Of a DNA stretch of 64,000 nt, positions 49,217 through 59,575 are shown piece after piece. The notes under the pieces were generated by a model. The model searched no databases. It worked only from the letters and a program-made list of their open reading frames with translations, and was not told the DNA's origin. Source of the DNA: Candidatus Eiseniibacteriota bacterium (lineage in GTDB: Bacteria; Eisenbacteria; RBG-16-71-46; JABDJR01). The translations under genes and the position numbers were made by a program. The stretch covers positions 1,056,001 to 1,120,000 of the forward strand of contig CAVXKA010000002.1 of the NCBI GenBank assembly GCA_963762255.1. Direction: 5' to 3'. The stretch's first letter is position 1. Each line of letters begins with the position of its first letter.

Positions 49217-50410
49217 ATGGCGCGCTATACCGTGGTGACGATGCCGGGGGATGGGATCGGGAAGGTGGTTCTTCCCGAGTCGGTGCGGGTCCTCGATGCG
49301 GTCGGGTTCGACGCCGAGTACGTGCACGGCGACATCGGCTGGGACTTCTGGATGAGCGAGGGCAACGCGCTGCCCGAACGCACCGTGGAGCTGCTGGCCA
49401 AGCACAAGCTCGGGCTTTTCGGGGCGATCACCTCCAAGCCCAAGGGAGACGCCGACGCGCGAACTCCGCCCCGAGCTGCGCGGCAAGGGACACACCTACT
49501 TCAGCCCCATCGTGGGCATGCGGCAGCGGTTCAACCTCGACATCTGCCTGCGCCCGTGCCGTTCCTTCCCGGGCAACCCGCTCAACTTCATCCGGCGCAC
49601 GATGGACGGCGGCTTCGAGGAGCCGGTGGTGGACACCGTGATCTTCCGGCAGAACACCGAAGGGATGTACTCGGGCGTCGAGTGGACCGATCCCGCCGCC
49701 CGCCGTCCGCGATGCCTTCGCCTCGCATCCCAAGTTCAAGCCGTTCAGCAGCACGCCCGGCCCCGATCTCGCGATTTCGACGCGCATCATCACGCGTGCG
49801 CGCCACCCGGCGCATCCTGCGGGCCGCGTTCGAGTACGCGCGCAAGTACGACTACAAGTCGGTGACGGTGTGCGAGAAGCCGAACGTGCTGCGCGAGACC
49901 TCCGGGATGATGGAGGAGGAGGCCAAGGACGTCATCCAGCGGGATTTCCGCGACATCCAGCTCTGGTCCACCAACATCGACGCGCAGATGATGTGGCTCA
50001 CGAAGAACCCCGAGGACTACGGGGTGCTGGTCGCGGAGAACCTCTTCGGCGACATCGTCTCCGACGCGTTCGCGGGACTGGTGGGCGGGCTGGGATTCGC
50101 CTGCTCCGGCAACATCGGCGACGAGGTCGCGGTGTTCGAGCCCACGCACGGGTCGGCTCCCAAGTACGAGAAGCTGGATCCGCCGATCGTGAACCCGATC
50201 GCCATGATCCTCTCCGCGGCGATGCTGCTCGACCACGTCGGCGAGATCGACAAGGCCGAGCGCGTGCGCGATGCGGTGGCGGCGGTCGTGCGCGAGGGGA
50301 AGGTACGCACCTACGACATGATGCGTCTCACCGGCGGACCCAAGTCGATTGCGAACGGCGCGGCGACCTCGATTCAGATGACGGACGCGATCCTCGCGCA
50401 CCTGAAGTAG
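49217..50410 (+). CDS. Isocitrate/homoisocitrate/isopropylmalate dehydrogenase family; compensating frameshifts ~49460, 49700, 49800
   Basis: PGDGIG, LFGAITS, IFRQNTEGMY (alternative frame), NLFGDIVSD, EPTHGSAP and NPIAMILS motifs. Confidence 0.88.
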   Translation: MARYTVVTMPGDGIGKVVLPESVRVLDAVGFDAEYVHGDIGWDFWMSEGNALPERTVELLAKHKLGLFGAITSKPKGDADARTPPRAARQGTHLLQPHRGHAAAVQPRHLPAPVPFLPGQPAQLHPAHDGRRLRGAGGGHRDLPAEHRRDVLGRRVDRSRRPPSAMPSPRIPSSSRSAARPAPISRFRRASSRVRATRRILRAAFEYARKYDYKSVTVCEKPNVLRETSGMMEEEAKDVIQRDFRDIQLWSTNIDAQMMWLTKNPEDYGVLVAENLFGDIVSDAFAGLVGGLGFACSGNIGDEVAVFEPTHGSAPKYEKLDPPIVNPIAMILSAAMLLDHVGEIDKAERVRDAVAAVVREGKVRTYDMMRLTGGPKSIANGAATSIQMTDAILAHLK

Positions 50411-50468
50411 ACCGCGGGCGGAGCGGACGGTTCTCGACGCCCGGCGCGGCCGGGCAAGGAGGCAGGCG

Positions 50469-51671
50469 ATGACGGCGGCAGCCACGGTCCTCGGACACGG
50501 CGAAGCGGGACGGCGGGGAGCCGATGTCCGCTCGGATCTCTTCGTGGCGATCGACGTGCGGGACGCGGGGCCGCTCGATCTGGACGTGCGATCCAAGGTC
50601 GAAGTCATGTACGGCGCCGATCTGCGCGCGCAGGCGAAGCAGGTGCTGGCCGACCTCGGCGTCGAGCACGGCACGGTCGTGATCGAGGATCAGGGCGCGC
50701 TCCCGTTCGTGATGGCGGCCCGCATCGAAGCCGCGGTGCGCCGCGCAGGGGCGGGGAAGGAGAGAAGATCCCTCCCCAAGACCGCGGCCGCGCCGACGAT
50801 CACGACCCGCGACCGCCTGCGCCGCTCCCGCCTCTACCTTCCCGGCGCCGAGCCCAAGTTCCTGGTCAACGCGAAGCTCCACGGAGCGGACGCGCTCATC
50901 CTCGACCTCGAGGACTCGGTGCATCCCGCCGAGAAGGACGGCGCGCGGCTCATCGTGCGCAACGCGCTCCGCGCGGTCGACTTCGGCGGTTGCGAGCGCA
51001 TGGTGCGCATCAATCAGGGCCCGCTCGGACTGGAGGACCTGGACGCGATCGTGCCCGAAGCGCCGGATCTGATCCTCATCCCCAAGACCGAGACCGCGGA
51101 GCACGTGAAGGAAGTCGACGAGCGCATCCGCAACATCCTTGCCCACGACGGACTCGCCCACTCGATCTGGCTCATGCCGATCCTGGAGTCCGCGCTCGGG
51201 ATCGAGAACGCGTTCGCGATCGCCTCGGCATCTCCCCGCGTGGTCGCGCTGACGATCGGGCTCGAGGACTACACCGCCGATCTCGGCGTGGTGAAGACCC
51301 CCGAGGGCGCGGAGACGCTCTACGCGCGGCAGCGCCTGGTGAACGCGGCCAAGGCCGTGCACATCCAGGCCATCGACTCCGTGTACGGCGATGTCGACGA
51401 TCTGGACGGGCTGCGCGCCTGGGGGCTGCGGTCGCGGGCGATGGGCTTCGAGGGCATGGGCTGCGTACACCCGCGCCAGATCTCGGTCATCCACGAGGCG
51501 TTCGCGCCGACCGCGGAGGAGATCGCGAAAGCGGAGCGCATCGTGGCCGCGTTCGACGAGGCCAAGGCGAAGGGGTTGGGTGTGGTGAGCCTGGGCTCCA
51601 AGATGATCGACCCGCCGGTGGTGAACCGCGCGCTCAAGCTGGTCGAGCGCGCGAGGAGGATGGGGCGATGA
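50469..51671 (+). CDS. citE: Citrate lyase acyl-carrier (CitD) fused to the lyase beta subunit (CitE)
   Basis: N-terminal AG...VRSD, SKV..MYG and DQGAL...ARIEAAV (CitD); RRSRLYLPG, LDLEDSV, VRIN and GKMIDPP-like (CitE). Confidence 0.88.
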   Translation: MTAAATVLGHGEAGRRGADVRSDLFVAIDVRDAGPLDLDVRSKVEVMYGADLRAQAKQVLADLGVEHGTVVIEDQGALPFVMAARIEAAVRRAGAGKERRSLPKTAAAPTITTRDRLRRSRLYLPGAEPKFLVNAKLHGADALILDLEDSVHPAEKDGARLIVRNALRAVDFGGCERMVRINQGPLGLEDLDAIVPEAPDLILIPKTETAEHVKEVDERIRNILAHDGLAHSIWLMPILESALGIENAFAIASASPRVVALTIGLEDYTADLGVVKTPEGAETLYARQRLVNAAKAVHIQAIDSVYGDVDDLDGLRAWGLRSRAMGFEGMGCVHPRQISVIHEAFAPTAEEIAKAERIVAAFDEAKAKGLGVVSLGSKMIDPPVVNRALKLVERARRMGR

Positions 51672-53270
51672 CCGCGAAGAAGGATCTGGTCGAAGAACGC
51701 GGCGGGACGCATGGTGCCGGCTGTGGTGAACGGCCGCGAGCAGACGCCCTACAAGGGCGTGAACAAGCACGTGCCGCAAGGCGCCAAGCACGGGCCTCCG
51801 ATCCGCTCCTGCGCTGACTTCCCGGCGAACGGCGACAAGCGCGCCCCCGATCTCGAAACCGCGCTCAAGCTCTGCGGTCTGCGCGACGGCATGACGATCT
51901 CCAACCACCACCACCTTCGCAACGGCGACGTGACCGCGCTGGCCGCGCTGCGAGGCCGCGGAGCGACTGGGGGCCAAGGACCTGATGTGGTTCCCCAGCG
52001 CCTCCTTCCCGTCGCAGGCGGCGGTCATCGACCTCATGGATCGCGGCGTGGTGCACCACATCGAGGGGAGCATGAACGGGCCGCTCGGCGAGTACTGCTC
52101 CCGCGGAAAGATGCGCGGGCATGGGCGTGCTGCGCTCGCACGGCGGGCGCTGGCAGGCGATCCAGGACGGCGAGGTGCACATCGACATCGCGGTCATCGC
52201 CGCGCCCACCGCGGACGCGTTCGGCAACGCCGACGGCTCGCACGGGCCGTCCGCGTGCGGCTCGCTGGGCTTCGCGCTCGCCGATTCGATCTACGCCGAC
52301 AAGGTGATCGTCGTCACCGACAACCTGGTGCCGTTCCCGTGCATCCCCTGGCAGATCCAGGGGAACAACGTCGACGTGGTGGTGCAGGTGGACTCGATCG
52401 GCGACCCGGCCAAGATCGTCTCCGGCACGACCCAGATCACCAAGAGCCCGGATCGGCTGCTGATCGCGGAGCAGATCGCCCAGTTCATGCGCGACGCGGG
52501 GATCATGCGCGACGGGTTCTCGCTCCAGGCCGGCGCGGGCGGGATCTCGCTCGCGTTCGTGGCGTACCTGCGCGAGATGATGCGCAGGAGACACGTGAAG
52601 GCGCGCTTCGTCCGCGGCGGCTCCACACGCGTACCTGGTGGAGATGCTCGAGGAGGGGCTCACCGACTATCATCCTGGACGGCCAGACCTTCGACCTCGA
52701 CGGCGGTGCGCTCCATCGCGAGCGACCCGCGGCACGTCGCCACCTCGCCGTTCACCTCCTACAACTACCACGGCAAGGGCAACTTCGCGTCGATGGTGGA
52801 CGCGGTCGTGCTGGGCGCCACCGAGGTGGACGTGAACTTCAACGCCAACGTGGTCACCCACTCGCGACGGGCTGCTGCTGCACGGCATCGGCGGCTGGCA
52901 GAACTGCCTCTTCGCCGGGTGCACGATCCTCGCCGTGCCGTCCTTCCGCGACCGCATCCCGGTCATCGTGGATGAGGTGACCACTCTGGTGGGACCGGGC
53001 GAGCTGGTCGACGTGGTCGCCACCGAGCGCGGCATCGCCATCAACCCGCGGCGCAAGGACCTGCTCGACGCGGTGAAGGGGTCGAGCCTGCCGATCCGGC
53101 CGATCGAGGAGATCAAAGCGGAGGTCGAGCGCATGTGCGGCAAGCCCGCGCGGCCCAAGCGCACGACCGAGCCGGTGGCGGTGGTCAAGTGGGTGGACGG
53201 CACCGTCATCGACACGGTGTGGAAGGTCGGCGACGACGTGCGGCCGATGACGACCGAGGGCGGGGAGTAG
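51668..53270 (+). CDS. citF: Citrate lyase alpha subunit / citrate CoA-transferase, about 7 frameshifts
   Basis: GLRDGMTISNHHHLRNGD, LRSHGGR, GPSACGSLG, IGDPAKIVSG, QAGAGG, LGATEVD.NFNAN, VATERGIAINP and DGTVIDTV spread over several frames. Confidence 0.88.
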
Positions 53271-53276
53271 ATCCCC

Positions 53277-54002
53277 CTACTCCTGCCCCAGGATCCCTCC
53301 CAGCAATCCGCCGCCTCGGCCCCCGCCGGTCGCGCCGCCGCGAGGCAGCTTCGGCACGAGCCAGGAGAGGAACGCCTGGCTGCTGCGCGTCTGCATGTAC
53401 AGCGTGCCGCTCCCGCGGAACTCGCAGACCAGCCCTTCCCCGGAGAGGACCGTGGACTTCCAGTTCCCCACCCGGCGCACCTCGAAGTCGAGCCCGGCGG
53501 TGAAGCCGACCACGTGGCCGGTGTCGACGATGTACGGGGCGCCCGAGATCTGCACCTGATGGATGGCGCCGTAGCTCGAGAAGATCAGCGGCCCGCGGCC
53601 GGCGGCCTTCAAGAGGAAGAGCCCCTCGCTTCCGAAGAAGGTCTTCGCGCCACCCCAGCTCGCGTCCACGGTCAACTCCGGGCTGGCGGCGAGGAACGAT
53701 CCCGACTGCAGGTAGAACGCCTCGCCGGTCATCTCGATCGAGGTAATGTCCCCGGGCAGAGACGGAGCCAGGGTGATCTCCCCCGGCCCGCCCTTCGAGA
53801 CGAAGGTGTTGAAGAAGAGCGACTCGCCGCCCAGCACCGTGCGCTTGAGCGCGCCCATGAGCCCGCCCTTCATCCCGGTCGCAATCTCGAGGTTGGCCGA
53901 CATGCTGACCATCGCGCCCCCCTCGGCCTGGATGACCTCTTCGGGGGCAAGCGAGACGATGGCGAGCGAGTAGGACGGCTGGTACTTGATGTCGATTTTC
54001 AT
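53277..54002 (-). CDS. TIGR00266/AIM24 family protein
   Basis: AEGGAMVSM, GGESLFFN, APSLPGDI, SSYGAI, VDTGH, SGEGLV and QTRS motifs. Confidence 0.9.
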   Translation of the reverse strand: MKIDIKYQPSYSLAIVSLAPEEVIQAEGGAMVSMSANLEIATGMKGGLMGALKRTVLGGESLFFNTFVSKGGPGEITLAPSLPGDITSIEMTGEAFYLQSGSFLAASPELTVDASWGGAKTFFGSEGLFLLKAAGRGPLIFSSYGAIHQVQISGAPYIVDTGHVVGFTAGLDFEVRRVGNWKSTVLSGEGLVCEFRGSGTLYMQTRSSQAFLSWLVPKLPRGGATGGGRGGGLLGGILGQE

Positions 54003-54006
54003 GGTG

Positions 54007-57000
54007 TTACTCCGTCCCTTGCATCTCGTTCTGGAACGCGTCGCGAGTGCGCTGGCGCACCGGCCCGAACTGCGGCTTCACCGGAGGTTGCTCCTGGTGG
54101 AGCTTCATCACTTCGGTGATGGCCCGCTCCAACTGCGTGTCGACCCCCCTGGCCACGTCGGGAGGCATGTTCTGCACGACGATGTCCGGATCCACGCCGT
54201 GGTTCTCGATGGTCCAGCCGCCGTCCGGTTCCCACCAGGCGAACTCGGGCTGCGTCACCATGCCGCCGTCCACCAGGGTCTTGTCGCCGCGAATGCCGAC
54301 CACGCCGCCCCAGGACCGCATGCCGATCACGGGCGCCAACTTCAGCCGCTGGATCGCCGCGGGGAAAATGTCCCCGTCCGAGCCCGCGAACTCGTTGGTG
54401 AGGACGACAAAGGGGCCGTTCAACACGCGGCTCGGATACGTGAACACGCCGCCGCCGCGCGCCCGGTCGAAGCTCACTACCTCGCGCCGTAACCGCTCGA
54501 CCATCATCTGGGAGACCGAGCCGCCGCCGTTCCAGCGCGCGTCCACGACCATCCCCTCCTTGTCGAGCTGTGGGTAGAACCAGGTGTTGAACCGGATGAG
54601 GCCGTTCTGCCCCATGTCCGGGATGTGGATGTAGCCGATCTTGCCGCCGGTCTTCTCCGCGACGAACTCGCGGTTGCGCCGGACCCAGTCGACGTAGCGA
54701 AGGTCCGCTTCGCTCCCGATCGCCGTCACCACCACCTCGCGCGCACCGTCCTTGGCGTTGCGCGAGTTCACGGTGAGGACGACCTCCTTGCCCGCCATGT
54801 TGTCGAAATAGGAGTAGAACGATCGGCCGGCCTCGAACGGCCGGTGGTTGACGGCCAGGATGTAATCGCCTTCCTTCACCCCCGCGCCGGCGACGGTGAG
54901 TGGGGACACCGCATTGTCGGCCGGGTCGCCGCGGTAGATGCGTTCGATCCGGTACGCGACCCCCTCGGGTTTCACGTCCGCCCCCAGAAGCCCGATCGAC
55001 ACCTGCGGCACCTTCACGCCGGGGTCACCGCCCCAGGTGTAGGTGTGCGAGTTGTTCAACTCGCCGATCAACTGCCCGATCAGATCCTGCAAGTCGCCTC
55101 GGGTGGACAGGCGCGGCAGGAGGGTCGCGTACTGATCCCCCATCGCCTTCCAGTCCAGGCCGCCCATCGCGGCGTCCCAGAAGAAGTCGCGCTGCTCGCG
55201 CCAGGCCTCCCAGAAGATCTGATCCCACTCCTCGCGGGGATCGAGTTCGATGACCAGGTCGTCCATCTTCACCATGGCCTCGCTCAGGTCCCCTGGCGGG
55301 CTTCCGGCATCCACGACGAAGATCTTGCCCTTCTCCTTCATCACCGCGATCTTCCCCCCCTTGGCGGCGACGGCGTAGGTGGCCACCCCCTCCATGAAGG
55401 GCTTCGCTTCCTTCTTCTCCAGGTCGAAGGACATGAGGGTGTTGTCGGGTCCGCCCTCGCCGCCCCCATCCGACATCTCGGCGAACCCCTTCACCGGCAC
55501 GTTCAGATAGAACACGTTCTTGGCGGTGGCGCCGAGGCCGAAGTAGTTCCCGATGGGGACATCAAGGACAAGCACGCGTTCGGCGATCCCGTCGAAATCG
55601 ATAGCGATCGGCTCGGGGGGCTTCTTCTCCTCGTCTTTCTTCCCGTCATCCTTCTTGGCATCGTCCGCCTTCTTGGCGTCCTTCTTCTCCGCATCCTCGT
55701 CGGGAGGAAGGCCCTCGAGGTTCGCGAAGGGGTTCTTCACGTCCTTGCGCAGGGTCACCAGATAGGGCCGCGTGTTCTTGGCCTCCACGTTGTCCCAGTC
55801 CATCGTGCCCAGGAGCGGGTTCGTGTTGCGGTGGCTCAGGAAGTACAGATAGCGGCCGTCGGGATCCCATGCCGGCGAGTAGTCGTCGGTCATGGGACCG
55901 GTGATCTCGTGAACGCTCGACTCCTTGGCGTCGTAGACGTAGATCGACGCGTAGTCGGTGGGGAGCACCTTGGAGTAAGCCAGCCAGCGGCCGTCCGGGC
56001 TCCACGTGTAGTCGCGGATCTCGGCCTGGGAGCTGCGGTCCACCTTCTTCGGCGCGCCGCCCTCGGCGGGCATCACGTAGAGCGTCTGCGTCTCGTCCGC
56101 GTAGGCCACCCACTTGCCGTCGGACGACATGCGGGGCGGGAAGTACCAACCTCGCTCCGATGCCGGCTTCACCACCTTGGGCTCGCCGCGACCCCACGCG
56201 TCCGTCATCCGCATCTCGAGTTCGTGCGGCGCGTCGGTCACGTAGATGACACGCTTGCCCTCGTTGTCGAAGCTCGCGAAGTTCTCGCGCGCGCCGGTAC
56301 CGCGGGTGACCGGCAACGTCACGCCGTCCTTCACCGGCACCGAGAAGATCTCGCCGCGGGTCACCACCGCGAGCCGATCGCCGTCCGGGGAAAGGTCGAA
56401 CCAGGTGAGACTCTGCGCGGCGTCGGGGTAACGGGAGCGCGTGAGCACGCGGTCGCTCGGCAGGACGACGTCGATCCGGCGCACGGCGTCGGTGCCCGGA
56501 TCGAAGACGTTCAAGTCGGCGGCCAGCGTGAAGGCGATGCGGCCGTCGGGCCCCATCCCCGGCCAACGCGCGTCCCAGTCCTCGAAGTCGGTATGACGTT
56601 TGAGATCGCTTCCGTCCGGCAGGATCGACCAGACGTTGGCGGTGCCGCCCTGGTCGCTCAGGTAATAGATGCGCCCGGCATGCCACATCGGAAACGCGTT
56701 GCTTCCGTCGAAATTGGTGATCTTCTTGAAGTCGGCCTTCCTGGGATCGCCCACCCAGATGTCGGGGGCCGTGCCGCCCCGGTACCGCTTCCAGGTGGCG
56801 TTCTCCCACGACTTGCGATTGAACGCCCACATGCCGGTCTGCGGATCGATGTCGAGTCGAACCGCCCACCCGAGCGGGAGCTTCTCGGGGTCGCCCCCCG
56901 ACACCGGCACCTGGAACAGCTCGGGCGAGCGATAGCCGGCGGATCGGAAGCTGCGGAAGATGACCGCCTTCCCATCGGGAGTCCACCCGACGACCTCGTC

Positions 57001-57336
57001 CCCGAAGGGATGCCAGGTGAGACGACGCGGCTCGCCACCATCGGCCGAGATCACGTAGACGTCGCTGTTGCCGTCGTACTGGCCGGTGAAGGCGATCCAC
57101 TTCCCGTCGGGGGAGAAGTTCGCGAAGTACTCGTTGCCGGGGTGCGTGGTAAGGCGCCGAGCGATACCGCCCTGGTCCGAGACGATCCAGAGATCGGCCT
57201 CGGCGGAGAAAACGATGCGGTCGCCGTAGATGTCGGGGTACCGGAAGTACGCCGCTGTCCCCGCCGCCTGCGCACTGCAGGCGGCGAGGGTGAGCGCGAC
57301 ACAGCCGAGAATACAAAGAGAGAGACGGAGTCTCAT
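54007..57336 (-). CDS. Secreted tricorn-like S41 protease
   Basis: Beta-propeller repeats, YRGG, GELNNSHTY, PDZ region, GYIHIPDM, AGSDGD and SWGGVVG motifs. Confidence 0.93.
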   Translation of the reverse strand: MRLRLSLCILGCVALTLAACSAQAAGTAAYFRYPDIYGDRIVFSAEADLWIVSDQGGIARRLTTHPGNEYFANFSPDGKWIAFTGQYDGNSDVYVISADGGEPRRLTWHPFGDEVVGWTPDGKAVIFRSFRSAGYRSPELFQVPVSGGDPEKLPLGWAVRLDIDPQTGMWAFNRKSWENATWKRYRGGTAPDIWVGDPRKADFKKITNFDGSNAFPMWHAGRIYYLSDQGGTANVWSILPDGSDLKRHTDFEDWDARWPGMGPDGRIAFTLAADLNVFDPGTDAVRRIDVVLPSDRVLTRSRYPDAAQSLTWFDLSPDGDRLAVVTRGEIFSVPVKDGVTLPVTRGTGARENFASFDNEGKRVIYVTDAPHELEMRMTDAWGRGEPKVVKPASERGWYFPPRMSSDGKWVAYADETQTLYVMPAEGGAPKKVDRSSQAEIRDYTWSPDGRWLAYSKVLPTDYASIYVYDAKESSVHEITGPMTDDYSPAWDPDGRYLYFLSHRNTNPLLGTMDWDNVEAKNTRPYLVTLRKDVKNPFANLEGLPPDEDAEKKDAKKADDAKKDDGKKDEEKKPPEPIAIDFDGIAERVLVLDVPIGNYFGLGATAKNVFYLNVPVKGFAEMSDGGGEGGPDNTLMSFDLEKKEAKPFMEGVATYAVAAKGGKIAVMKEKGKIFVVDAGSPPGDLSEAMVKMDDLVIELDPREEWDQIFWEAWREQRDFFWDAAMGGLDWKAMGDQYATLLPRLSTRGDLQDLIGQLIGELNNSHTYTWGGDPGVKVPQVSIGLLGADVKPEGVAYRIERIYRGDPADNAVSPLTVAGAGVKEGDYILAVNHRPFEAGRSFYSYFDNMAGKEVVLTVNSRNAKDGAREVVVTAIGSEADLRYVDWVRRNREFVAEKTGGKIGYIHIPDMGQNGLIRFNTWFYPQLDKEGMVVDARWNGGGSVSQMMVERLRREVVSFDRARGGGVFTYPSRVLNGPFVVLTNEFAGSDGDIFPAAIQRLKLAPVIGMRSWGGVVGIRGDKTLVDGGMVTQPEFAWWEPDGGWTIENHGVDPDIVVQNMPPDVARGVDTQLERAITEVMKLHQEQPPVKPQFGPVRQRTRDAFQNEMQGTE

Positions 57337-57368
57337 GGTCCAACCTCGCTCTGAGGGGCTCGAAGAAC

Positions 57369-59525
57369 CTAGGGCTTCTTGAAGACCGCCGGATCCACGC
57401 CGGAGTTGACCTTGACCGAGGTCAGGGTCACGCTGATGAACGGCTCTCCGTCGTAGAGGATCCGCGTGCTATACGCGACTTGGATTCCGCCGACGGGCTT
57501 GTACCCGCCGAGCATCTCCTGGGCTGTGACCGGACCGCCGGTTATCTCCGACTTGGTCTTGTAGTCCATGCGCACGACGAGATGGCTCTGCTTGTCGACG
57601 TAGACCTTCCATCCTTCGACGAGCGGGTTCTGGATGAGAACGACGTCGGCGGGGAATCCCTCCACGTCGACCGGCTCGGCCAGCGCCTGTGCCTTGACCT
57701 TGGACGGATCGCGCAAGAGCGTGGTGAGATCCCGTGCCTGCTCCTGTCGAGCGGCGGCGATCGCCTCGGGGGGCATGTCCTCCACCCCGCGCGGCGACTC
57801 CAACCAGCCTGTGTCCCCGCAGATGCACTGCGTGGCCGAGCCCATGGGCGTGTTCTGCACCGCGCGCACGCAGTCGGGGAGGAGCTTCACGATGCTCTGG
57901 GTGAGCTTGATCTCCATCCCCTGCACCGCGACCACCGCCTCGGCGTCCACCGAGATGTCCTTCAACGTCTGGAGCGCCTTGCCGCCGGTTGCCTCGGCCG
58001 CCTGACGCAGGATTTCCTGCCCGCGGACGAAGTCCGCTTCGCTCGCCTTGGGGGCTTCGTCACCGGGCGCCGGCGGGATCGTGATGTCGATCTCCTTGTA
58101 GGCGCCGGCTTCGGCCTTGAGGGCCGCACCGAACTTGCTTTCCTCACCCACCACGATGGTGGCCATCTGCGACGGCGGGACCACCTTCCGCTTGGCCGCA
58201 TCGAGGACCTTCGGCCCGTCCAGGCTCTGGACCGCCGCCTGGTACTTCTGCAGGAAATCGTGGGGATAGCCGTAGTATTCGTACTGTCCGATACGGTTCA
58301 GCACGCTTCCCTTCGAGGAGAGCGCGAAGACCAGCGAGTTCAGGATGGTGTCCTTGCCGCGCTGGATTTCCTCGGGGGTGAACGGCTCCTGGATGGAGCG
58401 ATCCACCTCGTGCTTGATGTACTGCAGCGTCTTGGCCGTCGAATCGGTCTGGGTCAGGGCGTAAAAGAACTCGCCGCCGGGATAGGCCATGCCCGCACCG
58501 GATGCGGAGCCAGTGGCGTAAGCAAGGCCGCGCTTGGTGCGGATCTCGCCGAAGAGACGGCTCGAAAGCCCGCCGCCCATGATCTCGTGATAGACCTGCA
58601 TCGCAGCGTAGTCGGGGTCGTCCATCTTCATGCCGACCTGGGCCAGCACGACCGCGCTGTTCGTCGTGTTGGTCTTGTCCGCGACGAAGGTCCCGGTCAC
58701 CGCCTTCGGGTTCATGTCCGGCTCGGGCGGGAGCGGCTTGGTCGACTTCGGCCAGTCGCCGAAGCACTCGCCGAGGAGCTTCTTCATCTTCGCGGTCTCG
58801 AAGTCGCCGTACACGGTCATGATGACGCGGTCGGGATGGAAGAACTCCGCGTGGAACGCCTGCAGGTCCGTGCGGGTGATGGCCTCGATGGTGGCGTACT
58901 CGGTATGCCGCGCGAACGGATGGTCCTTGCCGTAGATCAGCTTGGGGATCTCACGGCCCAGGATCGAAAGCGGCTCGTCGTTGCGGCTCGCGATCGCGGT
59001 GCGCTCCTGCTTCCGGGCCAGGTCGATCTTGTCCTCTGGGAACGCCGGCTGGCGAAGCACCTCGCTCAGGATGTGCATCCCCTCGTCGGTGTCCTGGCTC
59101 AGAACGGACATCGTGGCGAACCCCTGGTTGCCGCCGATGTTGACTTCGACGGACGCGCCGAGCGACTCCAGTCGCTCGTCCAGCGCATCGCCGGCCATGA
59201 CGGTGGTTCCGCCGCTGCGCATCACCTCGCCGGTGATGGAGGCGAGACCGACCTTGTCCTTGGGGTCGTACATCGAACCCACGCGGACGATCGCCTGCGC
59301 GTCGACCAGCGGGAAGTCGTGATCCTCGAACAGGAAGAACACCATGCCGTTCGGAAGCACGAACTTCTCGGGCTCGATCGTCTGAATCGGGTTCAGGGCC
59401 GGAGTCGGAATGTCCTTGGGATCGACCCACGGACCTTCCGCCGCGCCCACCGCACCGGCCAGCGCCCCCACACCGAGGGCCGTCGCCAGCACCAGCAACA
59501 TCGTCTGCTTCTGGAAGAAACTCAT
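57369..59525 (-). CDS. M16 peptidase-like non-catalytic subunit with a C-terminal beta-rich extension
   Basis: LPNGM, EDHDFPLV, SSRLF.EIRTKRGLAY motifs; HXXEH absent; signal peptide. Confidence 0.82.
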   Translation of the reverse strand: MSFFQKQTMLLVLATALGVGALAGAVGAAEGPWVDPKDIPTPALNPIQTIEPEKFVLPNGMVFFLFEDHDFPLVDAQAIVRVGSMYDPKDKVGLASITGEVMRSGGTTVMAGDALDERLESLGASVEVNIGGNQGFATMSVLSQDTDEGMHILSEVLRQPAFPEDKIDLARKQERTAIASRNDEPLSILGREIPKLIYGKDHPFARHTEYATIEAITRTDLQAFHAEFFHPDRVIMTVYGDFETAKMKKLLGECFGDWPKSTKPLPPEPDMNPKAVTGTFVADKTNTTNSAVVLAQVGMKMDDPDYAAMQVYHEIMGGGLSSRLFGEIRTKRGLAYATGSASGAGMAYPGGEFFYALTQTDSTAKTLQYIKHEVDRSIQEPFTPEEIQRGKDTILNSLVFALSSKGSVLNRIGQYEYYGYPHDFLQKYQAAVQSLDGPKVLDAAKRKVVPPSQMATIVVGEESKFGAALKAEAGAYKEIDITIPPAPGDEAPKASEADFVRGQEILRQAAEATGGKALQTLKDISVDAEAVVAVQGMEIKLTQSIVKLLPDCVRAVQNTPMGSATQCICGDTGWLESPRGVEDMPPEAIAAARQEQARDLTTLLRDPSKVKAQALAEPVDVEGFPADVVLIQNPLVEGWKVYVDKQSHLVVRMDYKTKSEITGGPVTAQEMLGGYKPVGGIQVAYSTRILYDGEPFISVTLTSVKVNSGVDPAVFKKP

Positions 59526-59575
59526 GCCTCTGTCCTCTCGGCGATTCGATTTCCGGGTGGTCGGGTGGATGCGGC

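Noticed and set aside
49080-52900. Many frameshifts in the homoaconitase, dehydrogenase and citF genes (also at 14-15 kb, 27.8 kb, 30.1 kb and 59.7 kb) as pseudogenisation or programmed frameshifting
   Set aside because: They are single-base indels clustered in patches, some compensating, with intact catalytic motifs, no obvious nonsense substitutions and no shared slippery motif. This pattern fits long-read consensus error; raw reads are needed to confirm.
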